From contig OZ176052.1 in the NCBI GenBank assembly GCA_964247055.1, positions 1,798,001-1,862,000 of the forward strand: a stretch of 64,000 nucleotides of DNA, written 5' to 3'. This document shows positions 36,356 to 51,300 of this stretch, piece after piece. The DNA comes from Paragordius varius. Lineage: Eukaryota; Animalia; Nematomorpha. Within the stretch, counting starts at the first letter, position 1, and each line of letters opens with the position of its first letter. The position numbers were made by a program, and so were the translations under genes. The notes under the pieces are model-generated. The model was not told the origin of the DNA. It did not search any database and was given only the letters and a program-made list of their open reading frames with translations.

Positions 36356-39300
36356 AAAATATATTTTTTTGATCATATAATGAAACGGTTAAAATTTTAT
36401 TAAGTTTTACAGTAAATATTGAAATTATACGGACAAAATGTTAAAATATAAAGACAAATATTTTTTTCTTAAAGACAACCATACTTTTTTAACCTTAATT
36501 TTTTTTAAATATAACTCATTGTTTTAAACTACAAAATATAAAATAGAAACGTATATTGGTAGCACAATCAATTATGTAGTTTACGATTATGATTAAATAT
36601 TTTATATATCAAAAATTAAGGTTATAAAAAGTATGTTTGTCTTTTCGATAAAATTATTTGTCTTTCTATTTTTACATTTTTTCCGCATACAGTTTTTACT
36701 GTATCTTTTTAAAAGATAGAGCTATTAGTGATTTTTATTAATTTCCTTACACACCTATACAAATTTTTGTTAATATAGATTTATAAATATTGATTATATA
36801 TGGTAAATTTTATGATAAATTAATGACAGTAGAATAATTTTCCTCTCCTAATTATTGTCATTTCTGTGGGTTCTGAATAGTTTTAAATATATATATTTAA
36901 CAAAGTTTAACTATGATCTTATTAATGTGGAAATTTAAAGCTATATTTTTTTGTTAATTAACATTTTTAGCTCAATCATTATTATGTTTTAAAAATACGA
37001 TAGATTTTCAAACAAGTCGTCCACAAATTGGAAATTACGATTTTATCAGGTATACTTTTTTTACAGTCTTTAAAGCATATTTTTTATTATGGAATCCTAT
37101 TAGAAGAAAAAATTGGTGAATTATGATTTAAGCAAAAATAAAATTTTATATGTCTGAATACACTGACAATAAAAATTTTCTCCAACAAGAAATGAATAAC
37201 TGTTTAAGTCATTAATATTTTTTCTGCATTTGATAATGATTTATTCCCTTTTTCCAATACAATTAAATACCTCTTAATATACTTTATTTTGGCTACTTAT
37301 ACGAATTATATATATAAACAGTTAAACTATTTTAAAATAAAATCAAGTTTAGATAATTATCTGTCTATATTAATAATATAGCCGATAAATGATGTATATA
37401 TAGACTGTAAATTTAGCCTGGGAATTAAATAGATTTGGTTAAATTATTGAAAAAAATTTTTTTACATACAATCAGATATCAAAAGTTTTTCGCTTTTAAA
37501 ACTTATTTTTTATTCACGAAAGGCAGGATTTAAAAACAATTTAAAAGTATGTCAGTTCAATTCAATCACAATATTTTTTTTATACATATCTATCATTAGA
37601 TTAAAGTACATTGAAATTTTGGATTTGATGGTCAAGAGTGGGGATATTCCTTTAGCTATTACTTTGACTGGTTTTCAAGTAGTTATTAACATTACAATTT
37701 TTAATTTCCAATAATTTTTTTCAATAAAAGACAAATTATAAACAAAAATATATTATTTCCTAGATTTTAGTAAAAGAGGGCGAAACGGAGAGCGAAAAAA
37801 AGTTTTTTGTCCACCAAAAAATAGATGGCGTAAAAAATAATGGACAGCAAAGTTGTCCTCCCGATTTCGCAAACAACATTTTGATGAGTTTGTCTTTTCC
37901 TCTAACGCATGGTTTAGTTGAAGATATAACGGATAAATTTCGAATAATACAGGTTTTTTTTATTATAAGTACCCATTGCTTTTAAATAAGGATAGTCTTA
38001 AACAAAATCTAAATTATTATTATTTCCATAAAATTATGATTAATAATCAATTTTTTGTTATTCAAACATAACATATTATTTTATTTTTTTATTGTAACAA
38101 ATTTTGATTGAAAATATGATGTTTTAATTTTTTTCTATCGCTTTATAATATTTAAGATTATAGGAAAATTTTATTATTCTCATATAAGATGTTTAGTTTA
38201 AAAGTGCTGTTTTTTACGAAAGCCTAGCATAAGAGAATGTCATTACAAAGCTGTCCATTCTATTTACTTTTTCTAATTTTACTTTCAATAATAATATTAA
38301 TAAATATTTGGATATATAGTGTAATTTATATCAAAATAAAATCATTATATCTAAAAATGGAAATATGATAGGATATTTGAGCATTCATTGGAATATATTT
38401 TCGATTTATATATATATCTATTGTATAGGGCTTATTTTGCGCTTTCGATATATATGAATATAATTTATATATAAATGCAGGATACCTTAGATGTTTTATT
38501 GTATTTATTAATATTTTCTGTTAAAATAAATCATTTTATATTTTTGTCATGTTAGCTTATCCATAATATAGCCACACTTTATCCTCACCATTTTACACAT
38601 CCTGGCCAATTTATCAAAATTTATAAGGTAAATAAATCTTATTTTTAATTTTATAGAAATAATATTTTTGAAAATAAAATATTTTTAATAAACTGTGGGT
38701 TCATAAAAAATGTTCTAACTTGAAAGGAAAATTAGTCGACAATAAAAATTTTAAATGCCAAAGATGTATATCAGGGAAACCAAACATCCCTAAATCAAGG
38801 GAGTTTAGTATCGAAGATTGTAGGTTCGAAATCGTCAACGATTTCACCTATTTAGGTAATATCAGTAATAATAATGGGGACCCTCAAACAACCATATCAC
38901 ATAGAATCAAACTCGGCTGGGCAAAATTTAACCAACTCAAATATGTATTGACACATAAAGACATAACCGTAAAAAATAAAATTAAAATGTATAAAGTGGG
39001 TGTCCGGCCTACCCTTACCTACGCCAGCGAAACCTGGGCAATCACAAAAACATTAGAATCGAGATTGAAAAGAACGGAAGATAAAATGATAAAATATATG
39101 ATGATAAATCCTACCATTGAACTAGAACCAATAACAGCTTTTATCAGAACAAATAGATTTCGGTATTTTGCATAGACAGATCCAGTTGAGACTCACCTGC
39201 AAAGGAAATTCTTGATTTACAGATTCCTGCGTCCAACCGTAAAGGGAGGCCTAAAACAACTTGGACTCAAATCATAGAACAAGACTTTAAATTCCTGAAC

Positions 39301-42300
39301 ATACCTCGAAACGCAACAAATGATAGAGACATATACCGTAAATTAATCCATGGAATCCCAATAACTGGGCCAAACCAATAATACCTAAACCATTTGCAAA
39401 TCAAATTCACCCTAAAGATAAATTATTGGGCTCATTAATAAGAAATACATTTTTATGGCATAGATTATTATTTTTTCAGTATTATATATTTATTATACGT
39501 AATTTCATTTTTTTAAAATATAAAAAAATAAATGCAATTTTTAATCTTAAAAAACACATAATTTATCTTAGGGTGAATATGAATTGTTTAAGGGTAAATT
39601 TGAACTGTAAATGGTATATATTTTAAATTTTTTAGCTGTTATTGCAAACGTACGAAACGGTGACCCACGAAACGCAACTTACAAAACGCATTAGAATTAA
39701 TATTTTTCAAATGTTTCAAACTTACATTCAATATCATCAATCGGAAATTAATTCTTTTTCTAGTGAAACCATCACCCCTGATCAAATTAATGATAAAAAT
39801 TTGTATTCACACCTAGAAATAATGGCAAATATTGATAAACTCATTCTTTACGTATCGGATGATTGTAAATTTTATAATACCAAGTTTGTCGTTTTTATGG
39901 TTTTGTTTTCAATCTTTTAATTTATTTCCTATAGAGAGATTATGTCAAATATGAAACAATTACAATAAAATTCAAGAATATAAATAAAAGCTAAATTATT
40001 TTTTTAAAATTAAACCATATTTTTTAAATCCATAATTTTATCTTACTATTTTACCTATATCATTATAATTGTGGTGCATAAATTTAATTTCTTGCCAATT
40101 TAGATCTTTCTTGCTTTATTTTCAAACCCCAATATATATAAAAATTAAGGTTACAATGAAGTTTTTTTTATAAATTTAATTTTTGACATATTTTTATCCA
40201 TATTTTTTTGAAAAAAGCATTATATACATCTATAGGTCAAATTCAGCTCTCTGCTGCGTTTGTGAAGCTTTTAATGGTATACTTACGGTTTTAATGGCTA
40301 CGAAAAAAAATAATTATATCTATACGTCAAATGTTTTAACGGAAACTCTATGGTAAAAATTATTTTTTATTCCTCACAAAAAATAAAATATATAGATTTA
40401 AAAAATATAATCAATTTGAACGCTAAATTGTACTCTTAAAATATATTTAAAAACCAACTCTCTACTACTTATGTTGATTTCCTTTGATTAATAAACATTT
40501 TAATACCCTTCTATAAAGTATAACTTATTCATTTTGGAATTAATAATCTCATGTATAAAATAATCGTGAAATATTTTTATTTCATTTATTTTCAATGTAA
40601 AAAAAGTATTATATATGTTTTGTTAGGAGAGACGTTTGCCCAGCTCTAGCAAATCTTTATAATTTACCCAATTATTATATTATGATGAATGGCAAAAATA
40701 AAGGATATTCCACCAATATCCCCTCAAGTGATCAAGCTTATTCTGTTCAATATAAGTGTCGGAATACTGATGATGATGGTGACACTAAAAGGTTTATTTT
40801 TATTGTTATACCAATTTATTCGTAAATTTGGGTTTTCTTTAAGATAAGTTCTTTATGAATAGAAGTTGGTTATAAAAATATAATGATAATTTTTTGAAAT
40901 ACCCAGTTCTTTTTAGATTAAGTAAACTAAAATTTAATAACCTACTGTTCATAATAATTTTATATCAAATTAAATTATACTATATCTAACATTGGCAAAA
41001 TGAAATTTTGACAAAAATTACATTAAATGATGAAATATACGGACAAAACGTATAAACCAAATATTTTTATTTTCAAACCCTGTTTTTTTCGAAATAAACT
41101 ATTTATTTACATTTTAAATATAATTGATGTTAACAATGAGTTATTTTAAAAAATTAAGGTTTAAAAAGTAGGGTTTTAGGGTGTCTTTTGAAAAATATTT
41201 GTCTTTTAGTTTTTAGTGTCTGTATAATTTCATTTATAATATATTTTTTATTTTCTTTTATTTTAGAAATGAGAAACCCATGGTCTGTTGGAATGGGGCA
41301 GCTATTTCAATCCCTAAAAGTCCATTATTCCTTAGGCCAGATTATTATTATTCTATCAATCAATTATTGTATCACATTTGTCTTTACATTGGGCACACTA
41401 AAGGTTAATTAATATTTCTATTAAAATATGTAATTTTACAGATTTTGGTATTAGACACGAATTTTTATATGTGTTGAGTATTTGATATTAACGTTTTCAC
41501 TTTTCTTTGTAAAAAATAAGTTTTTTTATCAGTTTTTGTTTTTGCACACTAAACTCCGCTTGAAATGTTTTTTAACGTAAATTGAAAATTTTTTACAATA
41601 TATTTTTTTACTAGGTTTTTCCAATTGACAAGTCTATATTTACATTATGCTTATATATGAAAAACTTTTTATTTAGTTAAGATTTCCCATTTAGCATTTT
41701 TATAACGAACATATATATATATATATATATATATATGATACTAATATATCAAATTTTAAAATACGTTTTTCTATATTGTGTGAAAATTAGGAATTTAACC
41801 AGTTTTATTGATTATTAGGACAAAATAAAAAGGGTGGAAACATTACTGGTGGGGCCCTCAGTTTAATTTGGCAATCCTTGATGCAATCCGCTCTATGTGC
41901 ACATGCTAATTATTTCAATTCAACTCTATTACCCAATAATGTTAATGTTAATGATTCAAATATAGTCTGCAAAGGTTTTAAGTTATTCATTGAGCAAACA
42001 GTATGCAATTTAATTGAACCACAAACTTTATACACTATTTTAACTATACATCATCAACATGAGAGTTTCATGGATCAAAAAATTGAAATTTCGAGTAAAA
42101 AAGAATGTTGGTGGATGTATGTTATGACAAATGGTATCTATGATATGGATATGATACAAATGTAATTAATTTAAAGCTTTTTATAACTTTTATTAATTTT
42201 GTGATGTTGGTTAAATCACTTTTGGTGAACTAACTGCAAAGGCTAGAGTTTTTCTGATATTTTACAAAAACATTTACCCTGCAAGAAGTTTTTTTACTGA

Positions 42301-45300
42301 TATAGAAAGTAAAAAATCGCATCACCTTACATTTGCATTTGATCGATATGGTAAACTATAAATCATAAAGCCTAAGTAAGCACTGCTGCAAATTTTTAAT
42401 ATTACTAATCTACGATTTTTCTTTGACTCTAAGTGAGTATGTACAATAATTTCATTCATTAATCATTTTATTAAAAAACTAATAAATAACGGTTTAATAA
42501 GCCCGTTATATACATGGATGAGAGCGCCTCAAATTAAAATGGCTGCATAATTAGGATTATTCCTTAGGTTATTTTGAATGATTACAGCCAAATAAATCAT
42601 ATTTTTGTTGTATTTTATTTTACAAAACAAATCTTATTTAAAGATCTTTTTTCCAACATTATTATATTATTTTAAAACATATTTTTTTTAAATATATTTT
42701 AACTACACCAGGTTAATTCAATTCATATATGTCGTTTGGAATACAATATATCAATCTTGTAATCCTACCCCTATGTTATCATGTGACAATGTTCAGTATT
42801 CTTTGTTAAATGATTCAATTATACATTTTTGTCATCGTTTATTGTTATCCCTGCAATCATTTAAAAACAATTTGGATGGAATTGATATATTAGGTATGTT
42901 AATAAAATTTGTGTTAAAATAAAAGTTAAAAACTATTATTATATATCAGGCCTCTATATTAAATGATCAATGCATATAGATTATAAACTTTATGCCAAAT
43001 TAACCATTTAAATGTCTTCATGTTTTGCAAGTTAAATTCAAAACGAAGATATAAGAAACATATAATAATTAGGAAATCAAAACTCATACTTTTATTAATT
43101 TATAGTTTAATAGTACATAGTGATTTCAATAGTTTGTTTAGATAATAACATTTTTTTACTATATACCATTTACAACATTAATACTAAGTTATCAATCTGT
43201 TAAGTTGGCTTTACGCATACCCATTAAACTTATTTAGATATATACCATTTAAGCTGAAATTCACCCTAGAAAAAATTTAAAATTTTTTTATATTTTTATA
43301 AAAATAATATTTTGTTTGAAATTATAACATAATTACAAAAAATATTGAACTATACGGACATACAAAGAAATGTTTATATAAATAATGAGTTATATTGGCC
43401 CAAAAAACACATAATTTATTTTTAGGGTGGTGAATATAAATTGTTCAAGGGTGAAATCGTTTGAGGTATATATATATATCTTTAATCACATGCGAACGAA
43501 ATTTTATATATAAAATTAAAATATTTATTGGTAGAAAATACGGCATATCAAATCAATAACCTGAACAATGATTATAATGTTGATAATCAAAATGCAAGTT
43601 CAATTAACGATAGTAATCAAACATCTTTCGATACCGAATCGCATTATGAAACACCATCGGACGCTGATGTGGAAATTGATGGTATTATTTTAAAAGGATT
43701 TTTGTCCTAAAAAGTATATTTTTTATATAAATTATCTTTTAATAACATCTTAAAAAAACATTAAACGACAATTTTTCAGTTTATAATTTTTATACAATAC
43801 AGAGAAAGGTTAAGGATAAAAATATTTTTAAGCAATTTCTTTTTCGAAAGATTCGATTCATTAGAGAAACAAAATAATCAACTATTTATTTCTTAATTTA
43901 AATTTTTATTGAAATGTTATTAGAAACGGACGTCGCTTCACTTTGTGAGCCATCAAACCGAGAAAATTTTGACGAAATTGAAGAAAAATTATTTGATAAA
44001 AATCACAAAATGAAATATAAGGCTTCATCTCATGATTTATCCAGCAATAATAATTATAGTACTAATATTAAAAATAATTTCCAAGAAAATGATTTAACTC
44101 CTTATGATATTAATGAATCATCGGAAACAGAGGAAGATATATGCGATATCTTTGATTTTGGAACTCAGCTTTCAAATCATGAAACTACACCTGGTGTCAT
44201 TGGAAGCTTGGATAGTATACTTTCTAGTTAAAACATATTTTTTGACTAATATCTTGCATGTTTTTGTTATATATATTTTTTAGTATATGTAATATCAAAA
44301 ACGCAAATTTGTTATATATAGAATACCAAAACGATACCAAATTTTATACCTTTTAATTTTTTTTTATTTTTGTGGTAAAAATTATTATATAAAAAGTTAT
44401 TTTAATAAACTAATTTCAGACATTTTGGCGATTACACGAAATATTATATCTATTTATTTAACAATATAGTAAGTGTAAGTAATACTATTTAAAGTAAAAA
44501 TTTTACTACTATTTCAACACAAATTTTTTATAGATCATAGCGCCCACAAAGAAAATAAGACTAAAATCTCTGAAGTTGATGAGGCAGTATTTACTGAAAT
44601 ATCTTTGGATCCTGATTTAAACCATCAATTAAACTCCAAACAAAAATTAGATTTCGCTTCAATAACACAAATAGAAGAAGAGAAAAAGCTTAAGGAAGGA
44701 GAAATGGTATTTTCACTTTTAAACATAATTATATGATTAATATTGAAAAAAATAATAGGGTTAAATTAACAACTGGAAAAGTAATATTATTTTAATTTGT
44801 TAAATTTTAGTCGTAGATAGCTGGTTTAGGTTAGGGTTATAAAAATAATTTAGTCAGAATTTCGAACATTATTAATTAAATATATATAAAACTACATATA
44901 AAAATAATAAGAAATATTTATTCATTATATATTATTTTGGTTAAATTATTTGTTTTCCAATTAGTGAATATTTATGTTTCCGACTGTAATCTTATTAATT
45001 GTTTATAATCATAAATGACTGCATTCATAAGTATACCATTTGCACCTCAAGAGTGTCCTTTAACACTTCAAATTGGTCCTTGAACACTTCAAGTTGGTCC
45101 ATTAAAATTTTTAAATTTTGATTTAACCATAATTTTTGCATGTATTTTTTAATTTTATTATTTTTTAACCTAATTTTCTTTATTTATATATTTATTCATT
45201 TAAAAATAAAAAAATTTATTCAAAAACAACTTTTTTGTTTCAAACCAATTTTCCAATTTAACAAAAATAAACTTTTAAATGTTTTTCTCAATGATTAAAA

Positions 45301-48274
45301 GTTGATATTGATTTAAAATATTATCGTAAATAATAAAAAATAGGTTAAAAACGATACATTAGATGAATGATATACGATTTGATTGATAGAAGTTAAAAAC
45401 AAAACAAAAAAATTAAAGGACTTACTTGAATTGTTAAAGGACCAACCTGAAATGTTGAAGAACCAACTTGAAGTGTTTAAGCACAAACTTTAAGTGATCA
45501 AAGACCGACTTGAAGTGTTCAACCAATTTAAAATGTTTAAGGACACTCTTGAAGTGCAAATAGTATATACTCAACGAATATCATTTTTTTGGGCCGTCCT
45601 ATTTATATATTCATATTTTAATTATAAAAAACCATAATTGCAAAAAATTTACTTTTTTTGTGCAATAGGAAATGGAAATAAAAAGTCATTTGGTGACAAA
45701 CCTTCTCACTCAAATACGGACTCGTTTGTGTCATCCAGAAACCGGAATTTTAATGCAACTAAGGTCGGGTGTTGAAATTGATTTGGCCATAATACAGTTT
45801 AGTTCACAATTCTACTCTCAATATCATGGTATGAAACGAAAATATATTTGTGTTTAAGCAATTGCTCAATTAAAATAATATTTTTTGGGGTAAAGAAGTG
45901 AATGGGTAGGTTTATTTTTTTTCGCGTTATAATAGGAAGAACATAATAAGTTTGAAAGAGAGAAAATGCGATAAACAGCTGATTTTTATCAATACTTTGG
46001 TTAAAATATTTTACGGAACTTAAGAACCTTATATAGCATTTAATGCCTAAATTTTTTATAGCGTTCTTAACTATTATTAATTATATATTTAATTATGGTA
46101 TACAAGAAATAGAACTAATTTTTATGTAAATTTGGTATATTTAGGAAAATACCTGTGTATCTTATTATTTTTTTAAATTATTTTTTTGTGAAAAATTTAT
46201 CAAAAATTTTAGCCGCAAATTTCTACATAATTCTAGAATTTTTTGCTTTTATATATATATATATATATAATTTTTTAAATATATTAGTGTAATACTGTTG
46301 CATGGATATTTGTGTTGTCATGTTAAATTTCCTTCCTTTTGTATTCCTATTGTCTGTCATTGTCTTCTGTATCAGGTATTATAAACTATTGATTCAAATA
46401 TTTTTATTAAATTTTTCCTTTTTTTATAATTGACTTTAAGATTTTTATTCAATAAATTTATTTTTAAGACCTATGCAAATCATAATTTTTACATTTTGTT
46501 TTTTGATTAAAAATTCTATAAATTGTATTTATTAAAAAAAAGTTTATTTTGCCATTTTTTTGTAACCACTACCATTTTCAATTTTATGGATAAATTAATT
46601 TAAAGACTTTTTACATTAAAATTAGTTTTACGTATTTTGAATAATGAATAACTTTTGAAATGTTTATAAATCTACTAAAATATAATAATCCTATTTTAAT
46701 TATTTTTTTAGCTTTCGAAAAGGATGAATTTAGCTTCGAGCATAACTTAAATAAAAATGAAGTGCAAAATCATTCCTTTAATGCCGATTTTATATATTTC
46801 GCGACATTTCAATCGCTATGTTTGGATTACATTGTACAAAAGGTTATTACCGCAGAAAATATTTTAACACAAGATGGACTGGTAATTGTTTTATAGCTTT
46901 TTAAAAAAATGCAATTATATTTCATCCTAGTTAATTCAAATTAAACAATTACAATATATTTTTGATAAAGCATAAAAACGAATATATATATTTTTGGTTA
47001 AAATTCTGTTTATTTTAATTAATTTTAATCCCTCCCCCAACTAATATACATAAAAATTAATTTATGAAATTTTAAATAATATGCAATTTCAAGTTATTTT
47101 AATATTTAACATTTATTAAATATTAATTTTATAGTTGAAAGAATTCAAGCAAGCTTTTAAATGTGATTCATTTAACATGGTATATGCTGAATGTTGGATC
47201 CCTCAAATATTTGACAACATTGTAAAACAACCCATTATTTCCTTCACCATGGGGAATTATACCAAAAGATCTAATCTTATCAATTTTATTAAAGGTAAAA
47301 GCTTATAGAAAAAATACACTTTTTACCTAAAATATATCTGTGAAATTTGCCATTTTTTACCCAAAAACCAACGCTTGCTAGCTATTAAAAATGTGGTAAA
47401 ATTTTAACTATTTTTAAAAAGTCGTTTTTATTAAAAGTTTTCATTTGTACTTTATTTTATGTCCTGGGAGTTTTAATTTGCTGTTATATTGCAAATTAAC
47501 TTGTACATTAGTATAACTAAAAATATGTCAGAAGGTGGCATATGATTGATAAATATTATTAGGGCAAGATTTTTTTGAACTGTTTTCACAAAAATTTATT
47601 AATGCTATAATTTCAAAATTAACAGATATCCATAAATACGTCTGGAAATTGCAAAAATATATAATCACTGTGAGGCTGATATTCATTAGGTTTTATCGGG
47701 TATTATAAGATATCTGGTAACATTGTACTTTTTATATCATTTCCTAAATTAGATTGCGTAAATAGCGAAAGGTTTGGTTTAAATTCAACTTCTACTAGTC
47801 ATAAAGATCACGAATGTTTTTGCACAAATTTTACCCATTCATATCGAGTATTATGTCAAACAATCAATCCTAACTCACATTGCGACAAGTCTCTTGAAGA
47901 TGGTATGTTTAAAACAATTTTAGCGGTTTTTATTAAGTATTGTCTCCAGGGGTGTCCACAACCGCGGCCCGTTTGGAAATCTATCAAATTAACACAGACT
48001 CTACAATTCACAATAATATGGCTCAATATATCAGTAATATTAAACAAATTTTTAGAATAAGTCTTTTCATTATTAGCAACAAACTAGCAGAAATCGGCAA
48101 AATAAATAGTAGCACTTGGATTTTTTTAACAGTAGTTTTATGTTTGAAATCTAATTAAATATTTATTAATTCCCTTGAATTTATCGAATGCGACCCGCGC
48201 GAAGCCGTTTGTGTTGGACACCCCTGATATAGTCCGTTAAATATTTTTTTTCATCCATGTTAAATTTGCCCTTT

Positions 48275-48308
<34 letters not shown>

Positions 48309-51300
48309 TAGGTCATCACGATCGAAAGGAAATTTATGCCAAATTTGTAGATGAGTTCTTTAAAAGAGCATGCGATACTAAAACGTTCGGGGGTATCCTA
48401 GTACCCAATCGTAAAAACAGCCTTAACAGTCACATCAATAATCATATTATTAAAGACAAGGAACATGTTTTAAATATCCTCGTAAATATGCTCTATTTAG
48501 AACCTTTGGCCTTATTTCAAGAAGAAAATTACTACAACGGAAATATTAATTCTGGAAATATATTATCACAATCCTTCTTACCAATGCAATCATCAGATAA
48601 CTCTTATTTGATTCATTTATTACGGAAAATTGAATCAAATTTTATGTTGGTGCAATTAATTGCACAATGTGGTAAACCTTCCTTTACAATATATTAACCT
48701 TAAACTATAATTATTGCGAATAAGTAATGTTGAGCAAAGGATAACGGTGCATATAAATATTTTGCTAAGCATGGATACAATTTATTTTTTAATTTATTCT
48801 TTTATTATAACATTCAACATTTAATTCAAAATATTGTTGGCCTAATATAATTATTTTTAAATCACATGCCTAAAACAATAAATTTTAGGTTACATAATAT
48901 AAAAAATGTGTTTTTTTTTTCGTTTATTATTAGATTACATGGATCATTTATGTTATATGGGTAATATGTTTGCTACAATACTTCAACAATTCGTTCAATT
49001 TTTCTCAACCATTAATTTGTATGATATGGGGTATGAATTCAAATAATATTGTATTTTTATAGAATTATATCAAATTATAATACTTAAAAACTGAATTTAT
49101 TATCTTATTTACTAAATACATTTTTTTAAAATAAGAAAGATAATTCGGATGTTTTAAAATACCAAAAGCCAATTTATTTTTTCTTCATATTCTGTTATGA
49201 GTTATTTTATTTTTCTTAGAGCATTAATATTATATTTTTTCTTAAAATTTTCAAATAGATTGGATATTAATACCGCCGCCTACCCATCTATTTTGGATGG
49301 ACAAGTGTCACTAAAAAGACTTACTAATCGTAAACTCAAACTAATTTTGTCAAAACATTACACGAAAAGTATTACTAAAGAGAAAGAGTTTCATTTTCAA
49401 AAATCTCAAGAATGCCGCTTGAAACAAACCCATGAGAATATACGAACATCTACGACGAATGGTAGAAAAACTTTTGATTTAACTATACTGCCTATTGGTT
49501 TATACATTTTATATGGGATACAAAATACGACCAGTAAAATATTTATCTGTAAATCCTTGCTTCAAGATTCACGTCTATGGTCCCATGTTTTTAGGTAATA
49601 CCTTTTTAATTTTATCTATTTTTTTTTGAAAAAAATTAATTCTTTCATACTATGCCGTTATATTTGAGCCAAATTTAAAAATATGGAGATGCAATATTAT
49701 TTTAGCGCTTTAAAAAAAACCATAAAACATGTAAAGTCTTTCAAAATATCTAAATTTCCCGCCAATTTTTTTCTGTATTTTTTGTTAATTACTAACACTG
49801 GCGTTTCTAAAATTTAAATTTAATTGTAATTTTCAAAAATATATATGTTAAAAAATCTCATATAAATTATTTTTTTGGTTTAAAAGAAGTTTTTCCATAT
49901 TTAATTTGCTATTTTTCAATAGATTTTATGGAATGATTGTTCGGATAAAAGCATTTTTTGAAATGCCAAGTACGCATTTAGAACCATTTGTTAAAGATGT
50001 AAGGCAAATTTTGTGCCCTCATCAAAAATATGAAAATACCAATGAAAATAAAGGGTATATTTATTATTAATAAATAGCATTTTAAATATATGCAATGGAA
50101 TTTTCAAATGAAACACAAATTAAAACAAATTATTTTTTATCTCATATTTTATAGCCATAATTTAGATTATAAGGACTTAGAGTATCGGTGTCAGTTTTTA
50201 TATTTTAAAGACAACTTTTTACGAAAAAACCTGCTGACATTTAGAGTTTGGCATTTTAAGGGGTGCTTATTTCACTTTATAGTAAGGCAATTTGCAACAC
50301 ACACAGTATTGTATGGAATAAACGATCAAAATGTTGAATAAACAATTATTTCCTTTCCTTTTTCAATACACTCTTGTGTTGTTGCAAATTGCCCTCTTCC
50401 TTTAATGTGAAATAAGCAACCATTTAAAGGCATCTATTGTATATTTCATGTTTTAAGATAACTTTTATTTTTTATTTCCATTATCTTTCATATCATAATC
50501 ATTTATTTTTTGATATTTCCAATGTCCAATTCATATACTCACTAATTTTTGTAGAAATGGAAATGAAAATCAATCCACAAAAATAGGTGATATAAATACT
50601 TCAAATACTGATTCCACATTTTTTTATGAAACACTGTTTTCCTTTATAAAGTTTGGTAATGAAGGTACCCTGCAAGATTTATCCTACAAAAATTTTATGC
50701 ATTGGATATATAATTTAGAGTCTGTACATGAATTCAAATCGAAATCATCACCTCATAGCACTAATAATAACCATAGTCATAATATAAATAAATTTCCATT
50801 TCATCTTTTCTCACCTGCAATTAATGCCCTTTTCAACCAACTTAACAAGTAAATATTTTTTGCATTTTGCTTAAATTTGGACAGCTAAAATTGATTGATT
50901 GGGCTTTAATTTAAATTAGGTTGTTTTTTATTTTCTTTTATTTTCTGGTATATACAGCCTACGCGTGTCAAAAAATATCAAACAAAAAATTTTTTAATTA
51001 AAAAAATGCTAAATTAAGCAAAAAAATGATATTGCTTAAACAAATTTTAATTGAATACATCATTTTCCCTAATTTTGGCAATGAACTAGCAAATATTGAT
51101 ATAAATGGCAGTTATATTTAGCATTTAATATCGATATAAAATCAATAATCCCGCTAAAGTTTACATGGTTACGCTTGTTTATGTCAAAGATAACCGGATA
51201 GCTTTTTTAATTAGGAGATAAAACAAACGATATTATTTGCAATTCAATTCAGAGCTGTTTTTTACATGATTTTGAATAATTGTTGTATAAAAATGTGTAG